Shown in pieces: positions 1 through 10,578 of a DNA stretch of 64,000 nucleotides. Positions within the stretch are counted from its first letter, which is position 1. The number at the start of each line of letters is the position of its first letter. The stretch covers positions 384,001 through 448,000 of the forward strand of contig CAVYES010000004.1 of the NCBI GenBank assembly GCA_963767735.1. Direction: 5' to 3'. The position numbers and the translations under genes are program-made. The notes under the pieces are model-generated. The model did not search any database, was not told where the DNA came from, and saw nothing but the letters and a program-made list of their open reading frames with translations. The stretch comes from Candidatus Bathyarchaeota archaeon. Its GTDB lineage: Archaea > Thermoproteota > Bathyarchaeia > Bathyarchaeales > Bathycorpusculaceae.

Positions 1-1
1 A

Positions 2-526
2 ACTGGTTTTCCACGTAGCCGCTTGTTCGGCATGGGCAACATTCTTGATACAATACGCTTTAGAGCATACATTGCTAGTGAATTGGACGTTTCAAGAGAA
101 GACACTAATGCTTTAGTTATCGGTGAACATGGCGATTCAATGGTTCCACTGGCGGAATACGCTTCGGTTTCGGGGATTCCCATAACAAATTTTCTGACAA
201 AAGAGCAGATCGAAAAAATAATTCATTTAACGATAACCTCAGGTTCTGACGTTATCAAACTCAAAGGCTCAACAATCTATGCCCCCGGTACCGTAATTGC
301 CATTACGGCTGATGCAATTCTAACGGGAAGAAATCGAGTTATGAGTGTATCCACATGCCTTGATGGCGAATATGGCCATTCAGACGTTTCAATTGGTGTA
401 CCTGTTGTTCTTGGGAAAAGCGGGGTTGAAAAGGTAATTGAGCTTGAATTGTCAAATCAGACAAAAGAGCGCTTTGATAAGTCGGTTGTGGTGGTTAAAG
501 AAGCGATAGCTGCGTTGAAGAGCTAA
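2..526 (+). CDS. mdh: malate dehydrogenase (LDH/MDH family), 5'-truncated by window edge
   Basis: Open frame from base 2 (TGFPRSRLFGMG). LDTIRFR, VIGEHGDSMVP and SIGVPVVLG motifs of the LDH/MDH C-terminal domain. Confidence 0.9.
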   Translation, partial: TGFPRSRLFGMGNILDTIRFRAYIASELDVSREDTNALVIGEHGDSMVPLAEYASVSGIPITNFLTKEQIEKIIHLTITSGSDVIKLKGSTIYAPGTVIAITADAILTGRNRVMSVSTCLDGEYGHSDVSIGVPVVLGKSGVEKVIELELSNQTKERFDKSVVVVKEAIAALKS

Positions 527-567
527 CACTAACCCGAGGACTTAATGTTTAAAATGATAGAGTGTGT

Positions 568-765
568 TTAGCTGTGGATTTGCTTGGCACGTGCGCAGTA
601 AAAGTTTCCATTAACTTTTGTGAATGCTGGGCATTTGCCATCATAACAGTGCTCGAGCCATTGGCATGGTGCTCTAACATCATATACGCGAGGCATGTAT
701 CCTTGCGTGTTAAAACTTTCTTGGATTTTTTGTCGTTTAGAAACTTTTTCCAAAATTGTTTCCAT
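568..765 (-). CDS. small Cys-containing hypothetical protein (65 aa)
   Basis: ATG-started ORF with four Cys (C-x5-C-x4-C-x11-C), convergent with mdh. Confidence 0.5.
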   Translation of the reverse strand: METILEKVSKRQKIQESFNTQGYMPRVYDVRAPCQWLEHCYDGKCPAFTKVNGNFYCARAKQIHS

Positions 766-1003
766 TAAAATTCCCTCAAAATTTTTAATTGAAATTAGTA
801 AAGCTTCAATGGTGTTATTAAAAATGTGTGGCAGTCGCTAGGCAACAACAAAAGCATATAAGCACTAACTTGCGAAGAAAAAACAAGCGGAAAGCAGGTA
901 AACTGTTATTTTGCGAGCGTGTGCCTTTAGCAATTTTGGTCGTTTTTGCCCATTTTTAGGTCAAGGTCATTGCTGGCAAAGGATAATTATATTTAGCAGT
1001 TAA

Positions 1004-1951
<948 letters not shown>

Positions 1952-1955
1952 GCTT

Positions 1956-4172
1956 TCATGTGGAAGTGAAGCGGTCGAATGTTGCCAGGTTGCTCATGGA
2001 GCCGCACGATGGACATTTATGTAATGTTCCAAGCCAGCTTTTTTTGCAGTTATCGCAGAAACTAATTATTCGATTGTAAGTGAAGAATTCCAAAGATTGG
2101 TTTTCAATTAAGCGACGGGTTAAATCCATTACTGCTTCAGGCTTAAACTCAGCGGTCCACAACTCTATAACGCCTAAGGCGCCGCCAGCGTTTAGTCCCT
2201 TCATTTTTTGCGTTGTCTCCAACATTTCAGATGGTAGGCTGAGGGGTTCGCCAGCTTTAACTTGGAATCTTTTTGTTGTTGAGTAATAGGGTTTTTCTCT
2301 TGTTCCTGAGAACTTTACTTTGGCTACACCGTATTTTTCGATATCTAATTGGGCTAGCCGCTCTGATGCTTCAGAATCGCTCAGTATAACGGGGTATAAG
2401 CGTTTTCCATGTTTCCTGCCGATTTTCTGCTTGAAAGCCAAAATATTCTGAATTGTTTCCTCGGCAAACTTTCGGCCCTCTTCCGAATTTATGCTTTTTT
2501 CTGTAAAAGCTTCTACGGCTTCTTTGAATCCAGCTAAATTTATTATCCGTGAACAATTTTCTATCCTGAAGTATGTGTCTCCATTGGTGTTTTTTAGCAG
2601 GAAAGGCAACGAGTTTTTTCCAAATTGCTTAAGGGCAGTGTTTTTTACTCCTAAAGTTCGGGCGGCAAGTTCAAAACGTTCCCTTACCAAATCGAAAAAT
2701 TTGTTCTTGTCTTTCTCACTTTCTTGAGCGATTCTTGGCAAATTAATTGTTACACAGCCAAGGCAGCCTGTGCGGAGAGTGTCGGTTTCCCAGTCTCCAG
2801 TAAAATCAGATGCAAGTTTAACTCCTGAGGCGGAAAAAACCGTGTTTTCTGCTTCTTTTCTTACGGTGTTTGCAAAGTACGGTATTCCTTTTTCAGCTGC
2901 CAACTGGTGAACTTTGAGGAGAACCGCTTTCGCGTATTCACCTGCCAAGTCGTCTTTGCCAATTTTTATGACCAGTTTGGGGTTGAACAGTGGCTTCTGA
3001 GAACTCTCTTCGGTGAAGATTTCAATTATAAGTGACGCTAACAGTTGGCTTTCTTGGATGAAGTCCCCGTATTTGCCGCATATTTTTCCCTGAGGGCCAT
3101 ATGCTTCTTTTTCTGAGATTAATTTTGGAATTGAAAGCTCAAGCCCCAACGTTGCATTGGCATTCTGATTTAGGTTTAAGATGAATAAACGTAGGTTTTC
3201 CTTGATTCGTGATGTTTCAGCGTTTTTTGCAAAAGGTGCGAGAAAAACGTTGAAGTGGTCGCAGGTTTGAGTTCGGTTTGTTTCTTTGTTAGCATGCAGA
3301 AGAACGTTGAAGGCAACTGCCAACGCTGATTCAAAGTTGCTCGGAGACTCCATTGAAACTTGCTGTGGATTATTGAGTTTGAGGCCGTTTTGGAAGAAAA
3401 ACCTTAGGTCATGGCTGATTTCGTCTGGTTTTAGTATCCATGTGCCTAAGTTGTCGATGTGGATGGTGCCTGATAGGTGAGCGTCAGCTATGTCTCTTGG
3501 GAAAACGTTTAGCAGGGTGTACTCGCCAAGGACGGTTTGGCCTGCTTTTGTAAGCAATGTTGCGGAGTCAGCGGGGTCGTCTTTTGACTCCAATGAAGTG
3601 GTTACCTCATGTACGGGCATGCCAACTCTTGTGAGTTTATGGCGGTACTCCTCATAGCCTTTCTCAACCAAAATCCCGTTCACAATTTCCCTGATTAGGG
3701 CTGCTGTTAGGTACTTTGTTTTTGATTTAACCAGGCGTTTTTCCGCTTCTTTAGCCGCTTTCTGCGCTAATTCAGCTGGAACTTTTGCTTCTTTTATGAG
3801 TGAATTTGCTATTTTGTTTGCATCAAACTCTTCCATTGTTAAATGTGAAGTGCGTACAAGCATACCTCTGGGTTTAACCGCTTTCTTCTCAACACGGTCA
3901 GCTACGTCAAGAACCATTTTGCCAAGGTCAGTTAAATAGTATTTTTTTGATTCAACATCCGCTTCCACCAAATCTGCTTTTAACAGGAATTTTAAATGAT
4001 AAGCGAACCTGCCGGCGTCTCGGCTGGGATTCATTTTTAGCTGGTTCATCAGTTCAGTGTATGAGAGAGCGCTTTTGTCGAATAACAGGTTGAGGATTTG
4101 CAGTCTAAGAGGTGAAGAAACGGCTTTAAGCACTTTAACGCCGCGTGCACGTTGCGGAGGCTGATTTACCAT
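1956..4172 (-). CDS. ArsR-type winged-HTH + ATP-cone + class III ribonucleotide reductase (NrdD)-like fusion, apparently catalytically inactive
   Basis: N-terminal LKAVSSPLRLQILNLL...FAYHLKFL wHTH; VRTS...EEFDANKIANSL ATP-cone; NrdD motifs ADAHLSGTIHI, HDLRFF, GIPYF, VTINLPRIA; C-terminal CDNC/CPSC Zn ribbon. Likely ATG at 4172 (ORF track starts at 4220). Confidence 0.85.
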   Translation of the reverse strand: MVNQPPQRARGVKVLKAVSSPLRLQILNLLFDKSALSYTELMNQLKMNPSRDAGRFAYHLKFLLKADLVEADVESKKYYLTDLGKMVLDVADRVEKKAVKPRGMLVRTSHLTMEEFDANKIANSLIKEAKVPAELAQKAAKEAEKRLVKSKTKYLTAALIREIVNGILVEKGYEEYRHKLTRVGMPVHEVTTSLESKDDPADSATLLTKAGQTVLGEYTLLNVFPRDIADAHLSGTIHIDNLGTWILKPDEISHDLRFFFQNGLKLNNPQQVSMESPSNFESALAVAFNVLLHANKETNRTQTCDHFNVFLAPFAKNAETSRIKENLRLFILNLNQNANATLGLELSIPKLISEKEAYGPQGKICGKYGDFIQESQLLASLIIEIFTEESSQKPLFNPKLVIKIGKDDLAGEYAKAVLLKVHQLAAEKGIPYFANTVRKEAENTVFSASGVKLASDFTGDWETDTLRTGCLGCVTINLPRIAQESEKDKNKFFDLVRERFELAARTLGVKNTALKQFGKNSLPFLLKNTNGDTYFRIENCSRIINLAGFKEAVEAFTEKSINSEEGRKFAEETIQNILAFKQKIGRKHGKRLYPVILSDSEASERLAQLDIEKYGVAKVKFSGTREKPYYSTTKRFQVKAGEPLSLPSEMLETTQKMKGLNAGGALGVIELWTAEFKPEAVMDLTRRLIENQSLEFFTYNRIISFCDNCKKSWLGTLHKCPSCGSMSNLATFDRFTST

Positions 4173-4465
4173 AACCCTTTTCCCTAGACTCCCCGATTGG
4201 TGCTCTACGCATAATTGCAATGCAGAGTTTAAACTTAACTACCTCCTTATTTTCTCATTTAGCGTATTCTTTGGTGAAAAATGGCTCATTCTGCCGCTAT
4301 TTTCAGGCGACTTCCCCTGTTACCTTAGCCTAGACAGAGGCGTAATGAGTCGCGGTATTAAGGAAAGAGTTAAAATGCAGTAAAATGATAAGCGTGCTGA
4401 TTTGACACCAAGGGAGATGCAAATAGTCTATTAACTTAAGGGATAAAGGGAATAATTTTCATCTT

Positions 4466-5127
4466 GGTGAGTTTCTTGGGTCAATGCTCTTGTTATTGCT
4501 TCAATTTCACCAGCTATTCTTTTTTACCAAATCCTAAAAACTGATCTTGCTTTGGCTGTCTTGGCAGGTGCGATTGCTACTGGTTTTACTTTATTTGCTT
4601 TAATTGAGATTTTTTCGCTAGTTTGTACTGCGCTTTTTAATCCAGCTGTAACCCTAGTATTTGCTATTGATGGCAAATTGACATGGAAGCAAGCGGGGAT
4701 TTATAGTGTAACTCAAATATTAGGAGGACTTGCAGGTCTTTTAATTTCTCAATTAATGTTTTATGATAAGATTCCCAAGCTATTTGTAATATCTAATATT
4801 TCTCGTTCAGGCGGAAGTTTTGTTGCTGAAATTCTTGTTACTTTTTTTCTTGTGATTGCCGTTTGTTCTTTGAAGGAACAAAAGTCAAACAAAATGTCGC
4901 TTGTTATCGGTTTTCTTGTTGTAGGCATGAGCCTTGCAACTTCCAGCACCATGTTTGCGAATCCTCAAGTCACCATTGCTAGAATGTTTACTTATTCTGC
5001 AGCAGGAATAACTCCTCTTGACGGCTTAGTTTTTATCGCAATGCAAATTATTGGGGCTGTTTTGGCTGTTTTCGCGTGGAGAAGCATGCGCCTCACATGC
5101 TTTGACTACAAGTGCCAAAATTCCTAA
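4466..5127 (+). pseudogene. aquaporin/MIP channel (AqpS-like), frameshifted near the 5' end
   Basis: FNPAVT and FANPQVTIAR loops. Helix-1 motif GEFLGSML is in frame 2 while LVIASISPAIL onward is in frame 1. Confidence 0.65.
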
Positions 5128-5252
5128 GCCCCAGAAGCGGCTATCCCGCCAGCGTATTTTTTGCATCTCGACAGAAAAAAAGCACAAACCGCAAAAGCCT
5201 TTTATTCGTATTCTGTTTAAGGTAGCTTTAAACGTACTTGAAAGGGTTTACA

Positions 5253-8200
5253 ATGGCTTCTTTTGGTAAAGGCAAAGAAAATCTTAGAAAGAAAGTTGAA
5301 AGTAATCAAACGGTTGTCAATCGCAAGAAAGCAGAGGTAGCTTTGGCAAGGCAGGCTGAGCTTATTGATCTTAGTCCCAATGCCATAATGGTCAGGACAT
5401 TTGAGGGTGTTATTACTTTTTGGAGTAAGGGTGCGGAGAAGCTGTATGGTTGGACAAAAGATGAAGCCATTGGCCAAGTAACTCACACACTATTTAAGAC
5501 GAAATTTTCAGTGCCGCTTGAAGAGATTGAAAAAATGCAGAAGCTGGAAGGCAAGTGGTCGGGTGAACTTACCCAAACACGCAAAGACGGCGGCAAAGTG
5601 GTTGTTCAGAGTTATCAGTTGTGCCAGTTTGTTGCAGACGGCAAAATAGTGGAAATATTAGAGTCGAATGTTGATATTACTGAGCGAAAGAAAGCGGAGG
5701 AAGCTACAGCAAGGCAAGCTGAGCTTATCGACCTTAGTCCCGATGCAATAGTTGTTAGGACATTTGAGGGTGTTATTACTTTTTGGAGTAAGGGTGCGGA
5801 GAAGCTCTATGGTTGGACAAAAGACGAGGCATTGGGCAAAGTTACTCATAGATTGCTTAAGACGGAATTTCCATTACCGCTTGAAGAGATTGAAAACAAG
5901 CAAAAGCTGGAAGGCAAGTGGTCGGGTGAACTTACCCACACACGCAAAGACGGCGGTAAAGTGGTTGTGCAGAGTTTCCAGTTGGGTCAGTTTAGTGTCG
6001 ACGGCAAAATTGAAAGCATTCTCGAATCAAACATAGACATTACTGAACACAAGCAACAAGAGCGCGAAGTTAAAAATCTCGCAAAGTTTCCCTCCGAAAA
6101 TCCTAATCCAGTATTCCGTTTAGACGGAAAAGGCACAATTCTGTATGGCAACCAAGCCGGAACTTCTTTTTTGACTGCGTGGAAGAGCAAGGTGGGCGGA
6201 CGTGTACCTAAACACATAAGTCGGCTTGTTGCCGATGCCTTAGCATCCGATAAGAATGTTGAGGTTGAAGAAACATTTGGCGCTAAGACATTTTCAATCT
6301 TGTTTGCGCCTGTCACCTTGGAAGGATACGTAAATATTTACGCGACCGACATCACTGCGCGCAAGAAGGCGGAGGAATCACTTAAAGAAAGTGAACGTCT
6401 TTATCGCAAAGTGTTTGATAATAGTCAAGACGGTTTTCAGCTAATTGAGTTAATATATGATGAGAATGGAGAACCGTACGACCACAAGTTTTTGAGAGTT
6501 AACCGTGCTTATGAAAAAATAATAGGTGCTAAAGCAAAAGATGTTATAGGCAAGACGGCAAGGCATATCTCTCCAAACTGTGAGTCTTACTGGTTTGAAA
6601 TTCCTGCACGAGTTGCTAAGACTGGAAGATCAGAACATGTTGAACTTTATAATAAAAACATAAACAAATACTTAGACTGTTACTATTTCTCGTATTCCGA
6701 AAACGCAGTTGGTACACTTTTTAGAGACGTGACTGGAAGCAAGCAAGCTCAACAAGCAATTGAAAGGCAGGCTTCACTTATCGATCTTAGTCCTGACGGC
6801 ATTATGGTTAAGAGGCCTGATGACACTGTCACTTTTTGGAGTCAGGGCGCCGAGAAACTTTACGGTTGGACCAAAGAAGAAGCCATAGGTCGAAAGACCC
6901 GAGAACTTTTCATGACTTCGTTTCCGGTTTCCTTGGCTGAGATTGTTGGTCAACTTAAGCTCATTGGGAAGTGGTCAGGAGAGCTTATCCATCATGCGAA
7001 GAATGGGAATGAAGTCATAGTTCAAAGCTCTTGGCTCGCCACATTTGATAAGCAGGGCGAATTAACCGAAATTCTCGAATCTAACGTAGATATAGGTGAA
7101 CGTAAGCAGGCTGAGGAGAGGGTGCGTGCGGCTTCGCTTTATTCAAGAACCCTGATTGAAGCGAGTCTTGATCCGCTCGTAACAATCAGTGCCGAAGGCA
7201 AAATAACCGACGTAAACAAAGCAACTGAAGACGCAACTGGCTGTTCTCGTGAACAACTTATAGGCAGCGATTTCTCGAACTATTTTACTGATTCTGAAAA
7301 AGCCAGAAAAGGTTACCGTCAAGTGTTCTCAGAGGGTTTTGTAATTGACTACCCGCTTTCGTTGTGTCATAAATCAGGGAAAGTAATTGATGTTGTTTAT
7401 AATGCAACAGTTTACAGAAATGAAAGAGGCGAAATTCAAGGTGTCTTTGCTGCGGCACGCGATATCACACAACAGAAAAAAGCTGAAGAGCAACTGCGGG
7501 CGGCGTCTCTGTATTCACGGAGCCTGATTGAGGCAAGCCTTGACCCCCTGGTAACTATTAATGTTGTGGGCAAAATCACGGACGTAAACGAATCCACCGA
7601 AGAAGTCACTGGATGCGCCCGCGAGGAACTAATCGGTAGCGACTTTTCTGATTATTTTACCGAACCAAAGAAAGCTAAAGCGGGATATAGGAGAGTATTC
7701 ACTGAGGGCTATGTTAAAGACTACCCCCTTGCGATTCGTCATAAATCAGGCAGAATAACAGATGTGCTGTATAACGCTAGCCTTTATCGGAACGAGGCAG
7801 GTGAGATTCAGGGTGTTTTTGCAGCAGCAAGAGACATCACCGAACGCAAAGCGATGGAGAACGAAATCAAAGAAACAATGGAAAAACTTCAACTATCTAA
7901 TGCCGAACTGGAACAATTCGCGTATGTAGCATCGCATGATTTGCAAGAGCCTTTGCGTATGGTAGCAAGTTATGTTCAGCTGTTAGAGCGTAGATATAAA
8001 GGGAAACTAGACCCAGAGGCTGACGAGTTCATCGCCTACGCCGTGGACGGTGCCAACCGAATGCGAGGCTTAATTGATGACCTCCTAACTTACTCGCGGG
8101 TTAGCAGACTTGGCAAGCCCTTTGAACCAACAAACCTTGAATCAACGCTTGACGCCGCTCTTAAGAACCTGAAAGTATCCATTGCTGAAAACGGTGCAGT

Positions 8201-8597
8201 GGTGACGCATGATAAGCTCCCCGTAGTTATGGCTGATGGGGGGCAGCTTGTTCAGCTGCTTCAAAATTTGATTGGCAACGCCATAAAGTTCCATGGTAAG
8301 GAGCTGCCGCGTGTTCACGTATCAGCTAAGTCTCAAGAAAAAGACTATTTGTTCTCCGTGAAGGATAACGGCATTGGCATAGCACCTGAATACTATAATA
8401 GACTTTTCAAGATTTTCCAGCGCCTTCACACCCGAGAGGAATATCCTGGCTTAGGAATTGGCCTTGCAGTCTGCAAAAGAATCGTTGAGCGCCATGGCGG
8501 ACGTATCTGGATTGAGTCGCAGGTAGGGAAAGGTTCAACTATCTATTTTACATTAAACAAACAAAAAGGAGTGATTAAGCAAAATGAAAAGGATTGA
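5253..8597 (+). CDS. multi-PAS sensor histidine kinase (phytochrome-type HisKA/HATPase)
   Basis: Seven PAS-like repeats; H-box ASHDLQEPLR, N-box QNLIGNAIKF, G-boxes DNGIGI and GIGLAVC. Confidence 0.95.
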   Translation: MASFGKGKENLRKKVESNQTVVNRKKAEVALARQAELIDLSPNAIMVRTFEGVITFWSKGAEKLYGWTKDEAIGQVTHTLFKTKFSVPLEEIEKMQKLEGKWSGELTQTRKDGGKVVVQSYQLCQFVADGKIVEILESNVDITERKKAEEATARQAELIDLSPDAIVVRTFEGVITFWSKGAEKLYGWTKDEALGKVTHRLLKTEFPLPLEEIENKQKLEGKWSGELTHTRKDGGKVVVQSFQLGQFSVDGKIESILESNIDITEHKQQEREVKNLAKFPSENPNPVFRLDGKGTILYGNQAGTSFLTAWKSKVGGRVPKHISRLVADALASDKNVEVEETFGAKTFSILFAPVTLEGYVNIYATDITARKKAEESLKESERLYRKVFDNSQDGFQLIELIYDENGEPYDHKFLRVNRAYEKIIGAKAKDVIGKTARHISPNCESYWFEIPARVAKTGRSEHVELYNKNINKYLDCYYFSYSENAVGTLFRDVTGSKQAQQAIERQASLIDLSPDGIMVKRPDDTVTFWSQGAEKLYGWTKEEAIGRKTRELFMTSFPVSLAEIVGQLKLIGKWSGELIHHAKNGNEVIVQSSWLATFDKQGELTEILESNVDIGERKQAEERVRAASLYSRTLIEASLDPLVTISAEGKITDVNKATEDATGCSREQLIGSDFSNYFTDSEKARKGYRQVFSEGFVIDYPLSLCHKSGKVIDVVYNATVYRNERGEIQGVFAAARDITQQKKAEEQLRAASLYSRSLIEASLDPLVTINVVGKITDVNESTEEVTGCAREELIGSDFSDYFTEPKKAKAGYRRVFTEGYVKDYPLAIRHKSGRITDVLYNASLYRNEAGEIQGVFAAARDITERKAMENEIKETMEKLQLSNAELEQFAYVASHDLQEPLRMVASYVQLLERRYKGKLDPEADEFIAYAVDGANRMRGLIDDLLTYSRVSRLGKPFEPTNLESTLDAALKNLKVSIAENGAVVTHDKLPVVMADGGQLVQLLQNLIGNAIKFHGKELPRVHVSAKSQEKDYLFSVKDNGIGIAPEYYNRLFKIFQRLHTREEYPGLGIGLAVCKRIVERHGGRIWIESQVGKGSTIYFTLNKQKGVIKQNEKD
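5320..6050 (+). repeat. near-identical tandem PAS-coding repeat (2 x ~370 bp)
   Basis: aggacatttgagggtgttattactttttggagtaagggtgcggagaagct and aagctggaaggcaagtggtcgggtgaacttaccca each occur twice. Confidence 0.85.
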
Positions 8598-9030
8598 CGC
8601 AACAGCAGTGGACATTTTATTAGTGGAAGACAACCCTGGAGACGTTCGCTTAACCAAAGAAGCCTTGAAAGACGCAAAAGTGCTAAACGAAATTTACGTG
8701 GCTAGAGACGGCGTTGAAGCAATGGAATTCTTGAACAAAAAAGGATCATTTAAAGAAGCTCCTACTCCCGACATGATTCTATTAGACTTAAACTTGCCAA
8801 GAAAAGATGGGCGCGAAGTCCTAGCTGAAATTAAAAAAGACCCAAAACTCAAGCATATTCCTGTGATTATCCTGACAACATCCAAGGCTGACGAAGACAT
8901 TGTCAAGACATACAATTTACACGCAAACGCCTACATTACCAAACCAGTTGACTTAAACCGATTCGTTGAGATTATGCATGCTCTGGAAGAGTTCTGGTTT
9001 ACAATAGTAAAACTGCCACCAAAGGAGTAA
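8584..9030 (+). CDS. single-domain response regulator (Rcp1-like)
   Basis: ILLVEDNPGD, ILLDLNLP (phospho-Asp), LTTS and YITKP motifs; overlaps the kinase stop codon. Confidence 0.95.
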   Translation: MKRIDATAVDILLVEDNPGDVRLTKEALKDAKVLNEIYVARDGVEAMEFLNKKGSFKEAPTPDMILLDLNLPRKDGREVLAEIKKDPKLKHIPVIILTTSKADEDIVKTYNLHANAYITKPVDLNRFVEIMHALEEFWFTIVKLPPKE

Positions 9031-9037
9031 CTAAAAA

Positions 9038-10501
9038 ATTAGAATCCTTTTAATTGAAGACAATGCCGGCGACGCCAGGCTCATCCACGAGATGTTGGCT
9101 GAAGAAAAATTTGATGTACACGATATTGAGCGCGTTGACAGGCTTTCAAGAGGATTAGACCGTTTGGCAGCAGGTGGCATAGATGCAATTCTGCTTGACC
9201 TTGGATTGCCTGACAGTCAGGGTCTAAGTACCTTTGAAAAGATGTATGCAGCGAGTAAACAAGTACCTATTTTGATATTAACTGCATTCAAGGATGATGC
9301 ATTAGCTTTAGAAGCAGTCCGAAGAGGCGCACAAGATTATCTCATCAAAGGAAAAATTGACGCCGCTTTGCTAATTAGAGCTATAACCTACGCTATTGAA
9401 CGCGAAAAACTAGATGAAGCCTTAAAAAGGCAGGCAGAACTCATTGATCTCAGTCCCGACGCTATCATTATAAAAAAACCAGATGACACTATTACCTTCT
9501 GGAGCTCGGGCGCAGAAAAATTATACGGGTGGAGCAAGGCTCAAGCTATCGGACAAAAGGCCAATACGCTTTTTAATCCAAAGTTTTCAATGCCGTTTGA
9601 CGACATAAATCGTCAGCTAAAGCAAGAAGGCAAATGGTCAGGGGAATTTACTCATCAAACTAAACTTGGGCGCGCAGTAGCAGTTCAAAGTTACTGGTTA
9701 GCCAAATTTAATGAACAGGGAGAAATAGCGGAAATATTCGAGTCAAACGTGGATATCACCGAACGCAAAGATGCTGAACGTTTGGCCGCTATTGGTGCTA
9801 CAGCTGGCATGGTTGGGCATGATATACGCAATCCATTGCAAGCTATAGTTGGCGAAATATTTCTGTCAAAAAAAGAAATAGACGATTTGCCTGAAAGTGA
9901 AGCCAAGAAGTACCTTAAAGATAGCATCCAATCTATTGAAGATAACATATTTTATATTGACAAGATCGTTCGTGATCTACAAGATTACGCTAAACCCTTA
10001 ATGTCTTCTATTGAAGAAACCGATTTCACAAAGCTTGTTGAAGACGTTTTCTCCGGCTTAAAAGTTCCTGAAAACATAAATGTTGTTTATTCCATTGAGC
10101 CTTGTTTTACAAAACTTATGACTGACTCTTCAGCTATGAAGAGGATTCTAACAAACCTAAGCTCAAACGCAATTCAAGCCATGCCTAAAGGCGGAAAATT
10201 AACCTTGGATGCTGCCTACAAAGATGACAAGATATTCATAAGCATCCAGGATACAGGCTTGGGTATACCCGATGAAACTAAAGATAAACTTTTCAAGCCC
10301 TTATTTACAACTAAATCTAAAGGGCAAGGTTTCGGTTTAGCAGTAGTCAAAAAGCTAACTGAAGCATTAAATGGTAAGGTAAGCGTTGAAAGTGAGGTTG
10401 GAAAAGGCTCCCGCTTCACCGTTGAATTTCCTCTCCAAAAAATAACCACTCCTATTAGCCGTGTCCGCCTCAAGAATGCTGAGGTTCACCACCCCGCATA
10501 A
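9038..10501 (+). CDS. hybrid receiver-PAS-histidine kinase
   Basis: Receiver (IRILLIEDNAGD in frame upstream of ATG 9092; LLDLGLPDS; AQDYLIK), one PAS domain, H-box GHDIRNPL and HATPase. Start codon uncertain. Confidence 0.88.
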   Translation: MRILLIEDNAGDARLIHEMLAEEKFDVHDIERVDRLSRGLDRLAAGGIDAILLDLGLPDSQGLSTFEKMYAASKQVPILILTAFKDDALALEAVRRGAQDYLIKGKIDAALLIRAITYAIEREKLDEALKRQAELIDLSPDAIIIKKPDDTITFWSSGAEKLYGWSKAQAIGQKANTLFNPKFSMPFDDINRQLKQEGKWSGEFTHQTKLGRAVAVQSYWLAKFNEQGEIAEIFESNVDITERKDAERLAAIGATAGMVGHDIRNPLQAIVGEIFLSKKEIDDLPESEAKKYLKDSIQSIEDNIFYIDKIVRDLQDYAKPLMSSIEETDFTKLVEDVFSGLKVPENINVVYSIEPCFTKLMTDSSAMKRILTNLSSNAIQAMPKGGKLTLDAAYKDDKIFISIQDTGLGIPDETKDKLFKPLFTTKSKGQGFGLAVVKKLTEALNGKVSVESEVGKGSRFTVEFPLQKITTPISRVRLKNAEVHHPA

Positions 10502-10540
10502 GGCACTCTGACAGTAATCCGTCTTGCGATGGAAAATATT

Positions 10541-10578
10541 TGTTGTTACCTGTTTGAGACAACACATTTTCATATAGT
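10541..10578 (+). promoter_or_regulatory. TGTTGT-N12-ACAACA inverted repeat plus TATA-like box upstream of zinc-ribbon microgene
   Basis: The inverted repeat and TTTCATATAGT are also present upstream of the paralogue at 52744-52780. Confidence 0.55.

Noticed and set aside
1956-4220. Calling the gene a functional nrdD
   Set aside because: The glycyl-radical Gly and catalytic Cys positions appear absent and no activase is adjacent.
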